A stretch of 64,000 nucleotides of DNA from Azolla caroliniana. Lineage: Eukaryota > Plantae > Polypodiophyta. Numbering within the stretch: position 1 is the stretch's first letter; each line of letters starts with the position of its first letter. This document shows, piece by piece, positions 39,176 through 50,418 of the stretch. The translations under genes and the position numbers were made by a program. The notes beneath the pieces were generated by a model. That model was given only the letters and a program-made list of their open reading frames with translations, ran no database searches and was not told the DNA's origin. The stretch spans positions 22,258,001 to 22,322,000 of the forward strand of contig JBHGNT010000002.1 in NCBI GenBank assembly GCA_043228905.1. The letters run 5' to 3'.

Positions 39176-39469
39176 AACATCCAAGTTTCATAGTCTTATT
39201 ATACCATAATATGGTTTTCATGGTAAAAATATTTGGAATACCGTTTAGTCATTGAAGTCCTCAAATGCAGAATTTAATATAGTCTGGCAAATCTTCATGT
39301 TTGACAAGTTGTCCAAGGCATTTCACTTTTCATGAATTGTTGAAACCATAGTACGTAATATATGCATTCGTCTGCTCAAACATTCGTTTTCATACGTTTG
39401 CAAATGAATGCATATATTATCCAAACATACTTAAGTTTTTTTTGGCTTATTTACTTTCTTTTTGCTCAG

Positions 39470-40408
39470 AGGGGCAAATCGGCTGCGTCACAGAGGGGCG
39501 AACGTCTGCACAGTGCACATCATCTCCCACCATCAATTGCTGCACATCAGCGTGACGGCAAGCTCCTCTCCTCTCCCATCCAGGTATGCTTAGGGTAATA
39601 ATAGGGTTTAAAGTTTAAACTTTAGGGCATAGTATGTACTACTGAAATTATGAAGTTATGAACCATATGCATAGAAATTACATTAAATAGAAATAGGTTT
39701 AAAACTTAATGCACATAAATGAAATAGGGTTAATACACACATACATGAAACACACATAACGAAATGCAGATATACACAAGTGACAAGCATGCACAGAAAT
39801 TACAATTTCCAATGCACATTGCATACATACATATTACATATACAATTAACAATATACATACACACATGAAATAAGGTTAATAATACCCACATACATACAT
39901 TTACATATAGAGTTAAGTTATTAACAATACACACACATGCATGGACCACGCATGAAATAGGGTTAAATTTTAATACATAGAAATCAACACACATACAGGA
40001 AAGTAACAATACATAGAAATAAAGTTAATAAACACATACATGAAAGTAGCAATGCCTAGAAATAGGGTTAATGCATACATACACATGAAAGTAGCAATGC
40101 ATAGAAATAGAGTTAGTGCACAGATACACGAAAGTAACAATGCATAGAAATAGGGTTAATACACACATACATACAAGCCTACACAGAAATTACAATACAT
40201 AGGGTTAATAATACACACATACACACATACACACATACATACATATACATATACATACATATACATATACTTATTCATATAGAAATTAACAATACAATAC
40301 GCACATACATGAAATAGGATTAATGCACACTTACAAAAATTAACAAAGTTCCATTTTTTCATATTCTTATTCTTGAATAACTTGATTTGATATTTACATT
40401 CATTTAGG
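39470..40408 (+). other. Probable 5' UTR exon (about 39470-39582) and intron (to about 40408) of the transposase; the intron carries degenerate CATAGAAATAGGGTTAAT repeats
   Basis: CCAG|GTATGC donor; TTTAG|GAAATTATG acceptor directly before the ATG; about 10 GAAATAGGGTTAA-like units. Confidence 0.55.
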
Positions 40409-40413
40409 AAATT

Positions 40414-42474
40414 ATGGGTAGACAAAAGGGCCTAGAGTGGGAACATGTACTAATTCAAAAAAAGAATGCAAGGGGAATGCATTTGATGCAATGCAAATAT
40501 TGCAATCATGTTTATGTTGGTGGCCCACATCGAATTAGGGCCCATTTATTGGGAATAAGAGGACAAGGTGTAGAAAAATGCAAAAATGCAAGTGATATTG
40601 TGAAGAGTCAATTCAGAAATTCAATGATTCATGGAAATGATCACTCAATTTCAGATGTACAAACAAATGCTAATGCAGATGCGTCTACAGTTGCCACTAT
40701 TTCTGCTCCTATTTTAATGAACAAAAAGGCTACAAAAAAGCAGAAATTAGAGACAAGTGGTTTATTACCAATGTCTTTTGAATTGGCACCAAGGACAAAT
40801 GCAGAAGAGGCTATTGCAAGATTTTTTTATGCAGAAGATATTCCACATGGGAAGGTGGAAAGTTCATTTTTCCATGAAATGCTTATGGCTGTTGCAAAAG
40901 TGGGTCCTTCGTTTAAAGCACCTTCTGCTTATCAATTGCGTGAGAAATATCTTGATGGAGAAGTTGTAAATGTTGAGCATGATCTTATATTGTTGAAGGA
41001 GAGTTGGAAGACATATGGATGCACTATTGTTAGTGATGGTTGGTCAGACACTAGAAATAGACAAATTATTAATGTTTTAGCTTCTTCATTACATGGCACA
41101 ATGTTTTTGAAATCGGTAGATACAAGTGGTCATTCAAAGACAGGTGAATACATATTTGAAATTTTGAAAGATGTTATTCTTGAAGTTGGACCATCAAATG
41201 TAGTTCAAGTTTGTATGGATAATGCTGCAAATTGTGAGGCTGCAGGACATATGATAGAAAATGAGTGGCCATCTATATTTTACACTAGATGCACTTGCCA
41301 TTGTGTCGATTTGTTGTTGGAGGATATTGCCAAATGTGCTTGGATTGATGCTATTTTGCGATCAGCTATGAAGATTAGTGGTTTCATAACTAGAAAACAA
41401 CATGCTTTGGCTATGTTTCGCAAGTTTAGTGGGAAAGACTTGCTTAAACCTTCTACGACTAGGTTTGCTTACAATTTTATTGTGCTATCAAATTTATTGG
41501 ATGATAGAGTATATGGTGGTTTAAGACAAATGGTGGTTAGTGAACAATGGTGCAATTGGAATGGTGCTAAAACATTGAAAGCAAAGGAGATGGTTTCAAT
41601 TGTATTGGATGCTAACTTTTGGGCAGATCTAAAGATAATTGTAAAGGTATGCAAACCAATTTTAAAGCTTCTTCGTTTGACTGATAGGGAAGGTGCTACA
41701 ATGGGATTGATTTATAAATTTAAACAACAAACGTTGATGGAAATAAACAATATGACAGAAGTTGATCCTATCAAGCTTGATGAGATAAAAAATTGTAGCA
41801 TAAATAGACTGACAATGTTGGAATCTCCATTGCATGCAACGGGATATGTCTTGCATCCACTATGGACAGCAAATGGTCAAGAAATAGATCGTCATCTACA
41901 AATGGGTTGGATGAAAACAGTCATGCTTTATGCTAATGGTAATATTGTTTTACAAAATGCTTTGTTAGATGAGTTTTATACATATAGAAAGCAAGCATCA
42001 GATTTGTTTCAAGTTCCATTTGCAAAGGATGCTAATAGATTAAGCACACCAATCAAATGGTGGGAAACTTTTGGAGCATGCACTCCCAATTTGATGAAAC
42101 TTGCAATTAGAGTGTTATCTCAAGGTACAAGTGCATCGCCTTGTGAAAGGAATTGGAGTACATTTTCATTAATACATAGTAAAAGGCGAAATAGATTGAG
42201 CCCAAATCATGTGCAGAAATTGGTTTTCTTGCACACAAATCTTCGCCTTCTTGAGAAGATTAAAGAAAGGGGTTCCAATGCGAATGAAATTACTATTGAC
42301 ATGATTGAGAAAGAAAATGATGAAGAAAGGTTATTGGTGTTGCAAAGTCAACAAGAAGTACAAGAAGTTGATGAAAATGAGAGCTTTACCAATGTGATGG
42401 CTTATCTTGACGATAATGCACAAGATGAGGATGATAATCTTGAAAATGATGATATCAACTTCAATGAAGATTAG
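40414..42474 (+). CDS. Intact hAT transposase (BED finger, DUF659-type core, dimerisation domain), 686 aa
   Basis: W..CKYC..HLL..C BED finger; IVSDGWSD, CMDNAAN and CERNWS (DDE); CxxH motif CTCH; TRFAY; WWETFG; KRRNRL; acidic tail. Confidence 0.95.
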   Translation: MGRQKGLEWEHVLIQKKNARGMHLMQCKYCNHVYVGGPHRIRAHLLGIRGQGVEKCKNASDIVKSQFRNSMIHGNDHSISDVQTNANADASTVATISAPILMNKKATKKQKLETSGLLPMSFELAPRTNAEEAIARFFYAEDIPHGKVESSFFHEMLMAVAKVGPSFKAPSAYQLREKYLDGEVVNVEHDLILLKESWKTYGCTIVSDGWSDTRNRQIINVLASSLHGTMFLKSVDTSGHSKTGEYIFEILKDVILEVGPSNVVQVCMDNAANCEAAGHMIENEWPSIFYTRCTCHCVDLLLEDIAKCAWIDAILRSAMKISGFITRKQHALAMFRKFSGKDLLKPSTTRFAYNFIVLSNLLDDRVYGGLRQMVVSEQWCNWNGAKTLKAKEMVSIVLDANFWADLKIIVKVCKPILKLLRLTDREGATMGLIYKFKQQTLMEINNMTEVDPIKLDEIKNCSINRLTMLESPLHATGYVLHPLWTANGQEIDRHLQMGWMKTVMLYANGNIVLQNALLDEFYTYRKQASDLFQVPFAKDANRLSTPIKWWETFGACTPNLMKLAIRVLSQGTSASPCERNWSTFSLIHSKRRNRLSPNHVQKLVFLHTNLRLLEKIKERGSNANEITIDMIEKENDEERLLVLQSQQEVQEVDENESFTNVMAYLDDNAQDEDDNLENDDINFNED

Positions 42475-43613
42475 GAATGTTTATTTTGTTGTAACTAGTA
42501 GCAACTCATTGAGAAAAAAATTTGAAGATTTGGCATTTTGGATCTTTGTTACTAGAATTTATGATAAAAAGCATATGGCTATTAAGAAAGTAATCTGATT
42601 TTTGCAATGTCGTTAACTTTTTTACCTTAAAAGTTTTCCCTTATAGTGAATAGTGAATACAAAAGTATGGTATTTTTACCATACTACAAGGGTGTTTACC
42701 ATACTTGAATGCCAATGCACGTATGGTACATATGGTTCATTCTATGGTGGGAAGTTGGAACAATACACCCCATATACATGTGCATGTTGTGTGTTCACAT
42801 ATACATGTGTTTGGACTTTTTTGCTACCAATTATTTACGACTTGAAATTGGAATTACCTTCGAACAACTTTAATAAATGCTCAAGCACATTACATCAAAG
42901 TTGAATGTGAGTCCAGGAGTGTTTTTTAGGCAAGAAAATAAACATATGCTCGATCTCTCATTGTATTAAATCAATCATTGTCCTTTTCAAAGTTTCGAAA
43001 TATCTTGTAATTCTAAAAGTCTTATATACTCGGAACTATGGTAATTAATTTGTATTTAAGAAGGTTGTGGACAAACTTAACTTTATAAAGAGTGCTTGCA
43101 GTTAAAAGACACAATATCTCAATTAAGTGCTCTATTGAACTTTTTAAGGGGTATTAATTTGTTTGAATTATAACATTCCCGTGCCTTAATTTGGTGTTGG
43201 TGAGGGGTCAACATTTTCTTTTTCATTCATTAACAACAAAACTTATCACAAAATGAATAATGTGTTTTGGTGCCAATATTGGTAAACCATCATGCACACA
43301 TGCATGACCAAGAATGCCTCCCCCCCTTGTTGGGTGAAGAGCTTATTGCCTAAATAGATGTCCATTACATCAAACCATTAATACATTTTTAGGTCACAAA
43401 AACTTGTTCCTTACCAACTTGAGCCTCTTTACTTGGATCATCACTTGCATGTGTAGCAAACATCTCCATCCATGGGTTAGATCATCATTCATCATTATAA
43501 AAAACATATCATGCATCTCTTGAACATGTTACCCATAAAGACTTCAAGTGTAGCTCAATTTGGACTTGAAAGAAATCATTTGATGGGGTAGCTAATGATA
43601 TCCCTCCCCAAAC

Positions 43614-43955
43614 CATAGTTGTTAAAAAACGTGTATTCTACGTTTTAGACCTGCCATTTTAAAAATTTTGACATATTCTACACATTCAAAAAATTTGACG
43701 TATTCTATGTATCTAACAAGTATTTATCATTTCAAAAAAGTTTAAAATTTGTTTAAAATTTTTTATTTTTTATTTTGAAAAAAAACTTCAAATTTTAAGA
43801 AGTATTGAACGTATGTTACAAGCATCCTACACGTGTTCTAAGTATTTAACACATTTTATCTATAAAATACGTATTCTAAGTATTTTTAAAAAAAAGATAG
43901 AATACTTGTAGAATATTTAGCATACGTATTTTATGCTAAGTATTCTACAACAATG
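43614..43955. mobile_element. hAT-type MITE with perfect 8-bp TSD
   Basis: TSD CCCCAAAC at 43606-43613 and 43956-43963; termini CATAGTTGT...ACAACAATG; subterminal GTATTCTA repeats. Confidence 0.88.
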
Positions 43956-44084
43956 CCCCAAACTTGGCAATATTATCACCCCTTGCCTCATCAAGTGACA
44001 ATATATTAAAGTTCTAAATCCAAAATTATTAAGGTGTTCTTTTTGTGGCCATGTTGTTAAAGTATCATATTAAAATATAAATGT

Positions 44085-45542
44085 TTTATTTTATTTTATT
44101 ATTATTATTATTATTTCCCCCAAAAAACTCCTTCCATTAGTTATAAAATTTTACATATGAGATTAATATATACAAATCCCTGTAGAGGCGTGATAGGTCC
44201 TTCTTATGTGGATGCCCACCGACTCAATAAAGGGGGAGGTCGACCATTGCTGGATAGAGCTAGTCGTTGTCTTTCAACTCCATCGGAGTCGCCCTTGAGG
44301 CCATCATATTGGCTTTTTAGAGTGGCTACAACTTCACTCCATGTCTCTTGCATTAACACTATTGGCTGCGCGGTTTGGTTGGAGAAGACCCGTCTACACC
44401 GTTGTTTCCATAGAGTCCAAAGAGTTATTGGGTTGACCAATTCCAACACAACTTGAGATTTGGCATTGATAGGAGTTGAGTGTACATTGTCGATGGTGGA
44501 GAAAGAAACCTCTTCTGCTTTTATCACCAAAACCATCCCCTCCTTCGGATGCTCGTATCTGCCAATTGGGGCATGCCATGACAACCAACATATATTTCCC
44601 CACTTAATTAAGCCTTGCACATGGCATAATTGCAATAAGCGGCCAACCCCCTGCCATATTCGATGGGACTTTGGGCAGTCCCACAAAGCGTGTCAGATTG
44701 ATTCTATTGCATTTGGGCACGCTACACTATTAGGAGAGCTAAGGTTCCCACGCTGCCATGCACCAACCGGTAGTGACCTATGTATTAATAGCCATTGGAA
44801 GGTGGTGATTCGCCGTGCGTGTTGTTGTTTCCAGATATGTTTCCAAAACTTGGGGATAATTGTGTGAGGAACATGATATGTGTGCCAGACCTTTGCAGCA
44901 ACCGGCTCTCGGCCGATTTGAGCAGCTAGAATATGGCGACCCAATCTAGTTGTGAATTGAAAGAAAGGGATAGGTTTGCTTCCTTGCCCCGCATAAGGAT
45001 CATGCCATGTCCATTGCAAAGGGTCCCAACTAACCTTAAGTAGCCATGTGTTTTTGTGAGTACATATGTGCCAATCTGGTTGTACTTTGATAGGATCAGG
45101 AACTACAATCCATTTATGCCTAGTATACGCTAGTACTCGAATTGCCTTATTCTGTGTTGGTGTCTCATTGTCTTGCAAATCAGAGCTTGCGATCCTGTCT
45201 AGTGTTCCCTACCTCTTTGGAGCAAAGAGCCCTCCTCCTCGTAGCCTATCCATTTCTCTATTGTTGTCCTTTGATTAGCAACTTCCCTAATTAGTAAAGC
45301 ATTAATGATTTGAGATCTCATAGCCCATCCGCCCTTGATTCCATGGAGTATGTTGGCTTGGTCTTGTATTGGCAATGACATAAACCGTCTCCAACATTCT
45401 ATACTTTTTCCTGGACCTTCCGCAATGTATCCCCATGACAACCCCTTACTTGATCCAATTAGTTGATTAGATTCATCTTTGATACATGGGTTCCATAGGA
45501 TACATTGACTGAGCCAAGCAGGTTCAGAGTTAGGTTGATCGT
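44085..45542 (-). mobile_element. L1-clade LINE 3' end (zf-RVT region) with A-rich tail
   Basis: FWKHIWK..FQWLLIHRSLPV..C..ESI*H..WDCP; LWTLWKQRC; minus-strand (AAT)n/(AAAAT)n tail at about 44085-44115. Confidence 0.8.
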
Positions 45543-45888
45543 TGTTACCGTACGAGATGTACGGGTGATTGATAAGTGTGATAAGTGAGGGCGAAAGATG
45601 TAATGTGTTGATATGTATGTGTGATTTTATACGATTATGAGTGTGAATGTAAGTGTGAGTGTGGTAGATACAAAGAGGTGTGAGTGAGTGACTAGGTGTG
45701 AATGCCAAGGGGGCTCACACCCTTGTGGATCTACCCCTTTGTACCTATTTAACCCCTTATGGGGAATGAATGAATACATGAATAACCATTTCTCTCTCTC
45801 TCTCAATCTCTCTCTTGTCATCTCTCTCATCTATCTCCCCTTATGTTGAACCCCCTTGGGAGGGGGGTGGAGCCATTCTAGGCACCAC
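45543..45888 (-). repeat. Truncated LTR-like fragment, unrelated to the neighbouring LTRs
   Basis: Starts with TGTTAC exactly where LINE homology ends; minus-strand TATA-like TTAAATAGG; cut by the Copia LTR. Confidence 0.5.
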
Positions 45889-46386
45889 TGTTGAAGACAA
45901 GGCCGTCAATGCGGAAGATCAAGTAGCGTTCGATTCGTATTGAATACCTGCGTATGACAGTCTCTCAAGATCGTGCACAGAGATAGAGAGAGAGAGAGAG
46001 AGAGAGAGGCACAAAGAGTCTTTCTATTCCATAGAACAATAATACAACCCAACCTTACAAAAAGGTTACAAGGTCACTTTATATAGTGACCGACTTAGGG
46101 CAACTACCATTTATGCTAATTACACAAATGGCCCAAACTTGATCTATACAAAGGGATAGTGTGAATACGTCCATTATACACTTGTATTCGACACTCCCCC
46201 GTAATGGGCGTATACATGGGTTATCTAAGATTACAGGTATAAACCTAGGTTCTCGGACATATCAGTTTTGTTCGAGTCGGCAAGGTCCGAAGGCAGAAGA
46301 CCGAACTGGTCGGGTCGGAAGAGTTGAAGCCGATCATTAAGGAACTGATGTCGGTTGTCTGAAACCATCCTGCGCTGTGTCCGGCT

Positions 46387-49287
46387 CTAACCGGACTGGT
46401 TTGTCGTTACGCCCATCTGATGCCGAAGGGACCGAAAGCGGTCTGCCGAAAGACACTTGGTCATTCCATCTGCGACATTGTCGGTTGTGGATATTTTCTC
46501 TAGACCGATTTTCCCTGAAATGACGCAGTCCCGAACGAAGTGATATCGAACGTCGATATGTTTGGAGGCGTTGTGGTGAACCAGATTTTTCGACAAGGCA
46601 ACAACACCTTGACTGTCGCTATAGACAACTGGGGCCGAGTCATGGTCGACTTGTCGAAACGTGTGCGCCAGCCGGCCGAGCCACAGAGCTTCTTTTGCAG
46701 CGTCGGACGCAGCTACATATTCTGCTTCGGTCGTTGAGGTCGCTGTGCACTCCTGAAGTTTCGACTTCCACGAAATTGCTCCATTGCCGAATTTGAAGCA
46801 GTATCCAGTTGTTGATTTCCAACTGTCTATACAGCCGGCGAAGTCCGAGTCGGTGTAACCGACTACGCCTGAGGTTCGGTTCGGACCGAAAAGAATGCCG
46901 TGGTCTTTTGTGCCAGCCAGATATTTGAACACATGCTTGACTGCGTTCCAATGCGATCGGCCAGGATTGTGCATAAATCTGCTGACGACTCCTACGGCAT
47001 GAGAAATATCAGGCCGTGTCGCGACCATCAGGTACATAAGGGAGCCGACTGCCGGTGCATACGGTACCGACTTCATATCTTCCCCCTCCGGACCGGATGT
47101 CGGGCAGTCTCGCTGAGAGAGCCGAAGATTCATGGGGAGCGGGGTTGAAGCAGATTTGGCTGATTGCATGTTGAAGCGTTCCAAGACACGTCCGATATAG
47201 TCGGTCTGAGACAAAAAAAGATGTCGTTTATCGCGATGTCGACTAATCTTCATGCCGAGTATGTGTCGTGCCGGACCGAGGTCCTTCATGGCAAACTTCA
47301 ACCGCAGTTGCCGAATGAGATCGGCAAGTTCGCCCACGTGGCGTCCAGAAATTAGCATGTCGTCCACGTAAATGATGAGGAAGATGGGTGATCCATCTTG
47401 AGCTGTGTTGGTAAAAAGACAATGGTCCTCATCGCTTTTTGAGAAGCCGATCGATTGGATGAAGTCGTCGAACTTCTTGTACCATTGTCGCGGTGCCTGT
47501 TTGAGGCCGTATAGACTCTTCCTGAGTCGGCAGACTAGATGTTCTTGGCCAGTTGCCACGAAGCCTTTTGGCTGCTCCATATAGATTTCCTCTTCAAGAT
47601 CACCATGGAGGAAAGCTGTTTTGACATCTAGCTGAATCAGCTCCAAGTTGTCGGCTGCCACTACGCCGAGTAGGAAACGAAGGGTTGTCATTTTCACCAC
47701 TGGTGAAAAAATCTCGTCGAAGTCGACGCCATATTCTTGTCGGAAGCCCTTCGCAACTAATCTGGCCTTGTACTTTGGGGTGGTCGAATCAGACGTCTCT
47801 TTTAGTCGATAAACCCACTTGCAAGGAAGAGCACGTCGATTCTTAGGTAATTCGACCAGATCCCAAGTCTTGTTTGCCCGAATGGAGTGCATTTCCGACT
47901 CCATCGCCAGATGCCAGGTGGCTGAGTCGACAGATGTCGATGCTTCTTCGTAAGACGTCGATTCGCCGGCGTCGGTGAAGAAAATTCCAGGAGAATACCT
48001 CTCCGGAGGTTGCGACAGTCTCTCGGATCGTCGAGGTATGATTGGACTGGTCGTATCGGGTATCGAGGTCGGATGGTCCGAAAGCGAATTATTCTGCTGT
48101 GCCGAGTCGGAGTTGTCCGAGTCGGTAGTGTAAGGTTCAGCTACCCGTGAAGCTGACCGTGTGTTAAGAGCGGGGCCTTCTTGAAGGGTCGGCACATCGG
48201 AAAATGTTACCCTTCGGACTTCGATCGGTGTTTTGACTGATGGATTCATAGCCGACTCGTTGAACACAACGTCCGAACTTCGAACGATTTGTCTGCGTTC
48301 GGGGTCCCAGAGTCGGTATCCCATTTCGCCGTCTGATCCATATCCAAGGAAAATGCATTTCCTGGACCGAGGTGCAAGTTTTCGGCGATCATCTTTCGGA
48401 ATAAGGGCGTACGCCTCGCATCCGAAGATCCTCAGCTTGTCGTAATTCGGCTTACTGCCGATCCATAGTTCCTGAGGAATTTGAAGTCCTAGAGGTCTAC
48501 TTGGCGACATATTGATTATGTGTACTGCCGTGAGTAGAGCCTCTGCCCAGAAGCCATCCGACAGTCCGGAGTGTTGGAGCATGGAAACTATCCGTTCTTG
48601 GATTGTCCGATTCATGCGTTCTGCAATCCCGTTTTGCTCTGGACTGTGTGGTGCCGTAAATTCACGTCGGATGCCGCGTTGTCGGCAGAATTTGACGAAT
48701 TCTTCTGATTTGAACTCTCCCCCATTGTCGGTCCGAAAGCATTTCAGTTTTCGGTCAGTTTGATTTTCTACCATAGCGAGCCAATCGGAGAAGATCGAGA
48801 AGACACGATCTTTGGTACGAATTGGATAAGCCCACACCTTTCGAGTCGAATCATCAATAAAACTGACGAAGTAAGAGGCACCGCCGAGAGACTGATGCGG
48901 CATTGGGCCACAGACGTCCGAGTGGACTAGATCGAGAGGTCTCGTTTCTCTTGGTGCTGATGTCGGGTGTGATGCGGCTGCTTGTTTGCCATACTGGCAA
49001 TGTTCGCAGAATTGATGGTCCGAGAAGGAGAGTTTAGGGATGTATCCGGCTCTAGATAGGTGCGTAATGCCGGCCTTGCTGAGGTGTCCTAATCTTCTGT
49101 GCCATAGTGACGACACAGGAATATCCACCAAAAACAGGTTACCCTCTCTGAGCGTAACATGTAACGGATACAGTGAGTGTATCTTGGGTCCTCTAGCAAG
49201 CAGGAGGTTCCCCCTGTGGAGTGTCCACCCTCCCGAAGAAAAACCGGCACGAATGCCGTCTTCATCTAGTTGTCCAACTGAGATCAA
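46387..49287 (-). CDS. pol: Copia pol: GAG-pre-integrase, integrase, RT, RNase H
   Basis: LWHRRLGH..CEHC; VHSDVCG, RTDNGGEF, AERMN; QLDVKTAFLHG; IYVDDM; GYTDSDFAG; SKHIDVRYHF. Confidence 0.95.
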   Translation of the reverse strand: MISVGQLDEDGIRAGFSSGGWTLHRGNLLLARGPKIHSLYPLHVTLREGNLFLVDIPVSSLWHRRLGHLSKAGITHLSRAGYIPKLSFSDHQFCEHCQYGKQAAASHPTSAPRETRPLDLVHSDVCGPMPHQSLGGASYFVSFIDDSTRKVWAYPIRTKDRVFSIFSDWLAMVENQTDRKLKCFRTDNGGEFKSEEFVKFCRQRGIRREFTAPHSPEQNGIAERMNRTIQERIVSMLQHSGLSDGFWAEALLTAVHIINMSPSRPLGLQIPQELWIGSKPNYDKLRIFGCEAYALIPKDDRRKLAPRSRKCIFLGYGSDGEMGYRLWDPERRQIVRSSDVVFNESAMNPSVKTPIEVRRVTFSDVPTLQEGPALNTRSASRVAEPYTTDSDNSDSAQQNNSLSDHPTSIPDTTSPIIPRRSERLSQPPERYSPGIFFTDAGESTSYEEASTSVDSATWHLAMESEMHSIRANKTWDLVELPKNRRALPCKWVYRLKETSDSTTPKYKARLVAKGFRQEYGVDFDEIFSPVVKMTTLRFLLGVVAADNLELIQLDVKTAFLHGDLEEEIYMEQPKGFVATGQEHLVCRLRKSLYGLKQAPRQWYKKFDDFIQSIGFSKSDEDHCLFTNTAQDGSPIFLIIYVDDMLISGRHVGELADLIRQLRLKFAMKDLGPARHILGMKISRHRDKRHLFLSQTDYIGRVLERFNMQSAKSASTPLPMNLRLSQRDCPTSGPEGEDMKSVPYAPAVGSLMYLMVATRPDISHAVGVVSRFMHNPGRSHWNAVKHVFKYLAGTKDHGILFGPNRTSGVVGYTDSDFAGCIDSWKSTTGYCFKFGNGAISWKSKLQECTATSTTEAEYVAASDAAKEALWLGRLAHTFRQVDHDSAPVVYSDSQGVVALSKNLVHHNASKHIDVRYHFVRDCVISGKIGLEKISTTDNVADGMTKCLSADRFRSLRHQMGVTTNQSG

Positions 49288-50418
49288 TGGCCTTGAGAGC
49301 TCGGGTACATGTCAGACATTGTGAAGTACAAGTGTAGAGCCACCTGCAAGGTTGAGCTCTACTGTGCCGATTCCAATGATGTCACAGTGTTGCGAGTTGC
49401 CGACTCGAACTGAGTCGGAGTGACGGATCGTATATTGCCGAAATTGGGATCGATGAGGAGTCACGTGAAATGACGCGCCCGAATCTAAGAGCCATGTGCT
49501 CGATTCTTCAGTCGTGAGCAGAACTTCTGATCCGACTGGATTTTCGATTGATAGTATATTCGGGTCGTTTGGTAGCACATCAGCTGAGAAGCTGACGTAA
49601 TTGATCTCCTCATGCCGGCCACTCTTCTTGTCTGATTTCTGAGACTTGTCGTTCTTGTTCTTGAGTGCGCGGCAGTCGGCTTTGATGTGTCCGGGTTTCT
49701 TGCAATAGTTGCAGATTCGGTTATCCCGTGACTGGCTCCGTCTTCGCTGATTGTTCGGCTGCCGTGAGGAATCTCTTCCTCATATGTTCGATCGGTCTGT
49801 CGAACCTTGTACTACATAAGCGTCTTCTGTTGAGTCTTTGGCGAAAGACTTTCTCCGAGCTGCTTCGGTCAGGATTGCGCTCGTGACTTCGGAGTATTTA
49901 ACAGCCGTGGTTGACGCGTTGCACACGGTTGTGACGAAAGTTTCCCATGATGAGGGAAGGCTGCTCATGAGTATCATTGCTCTGAGTTCATCCTCGATTG
50001 CCGTCCCCTGAGATGAGATTTGGGAGCTTATGCTTTCGTACTCATTGAGATGTGCTTGAACCGAATCTGATTCTTTCATTCGCAAGTTGTAGAGGCGCCG
50101 GATCAGAAACATCTTTGTTGCAGCGACCTTCTTTTCGTAGGTGTCCGATAGTGTTTTCCATAGTTCGAATGCTGTCGTACACGATTGCACCGTAAAGTAT
50201 ACCGATTCCGATAGGTGCATCCGAATCGTGGCGCGGACGATTCTGTCCAGCTTCTACCACTCAATTGGTTTGTATCCTTCTGGAGGTTCTTCATTTTCGA
50301 TGGGATCGATTTGCCCCTTGACTATGAGATAGTCCTGCATTTGCTCCTTCCAGAAATTGAAGTTCGATCCATCGAACTTTCGTAGACTCATTTCTGACGA
50401 GCCGGATGTTGATGCCAT
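49288..50418 (-). pseudogene. gag: Copia gag-protease with a stop and frameshifts
   Basis: KFDGSNFNFWKEQM start; TAG near 50254; CNYCKKPGHIKADC knuckle; WLLDSGASFH protease. Confidence 0.85.

Noticed and set aside
34950-42717. Single large hAT element enclosing the DME-like exons as cargo
   Set aside because: CCTTGGCATTC near 34953 only partly matches the candidate right end and has no TSD, so this cannot be supported from the window alone.
45199-45708. 169-aa ORF as a novel gene
   Set aside because: Chimeric read-through from an LTR fragment into LINE ORF2.
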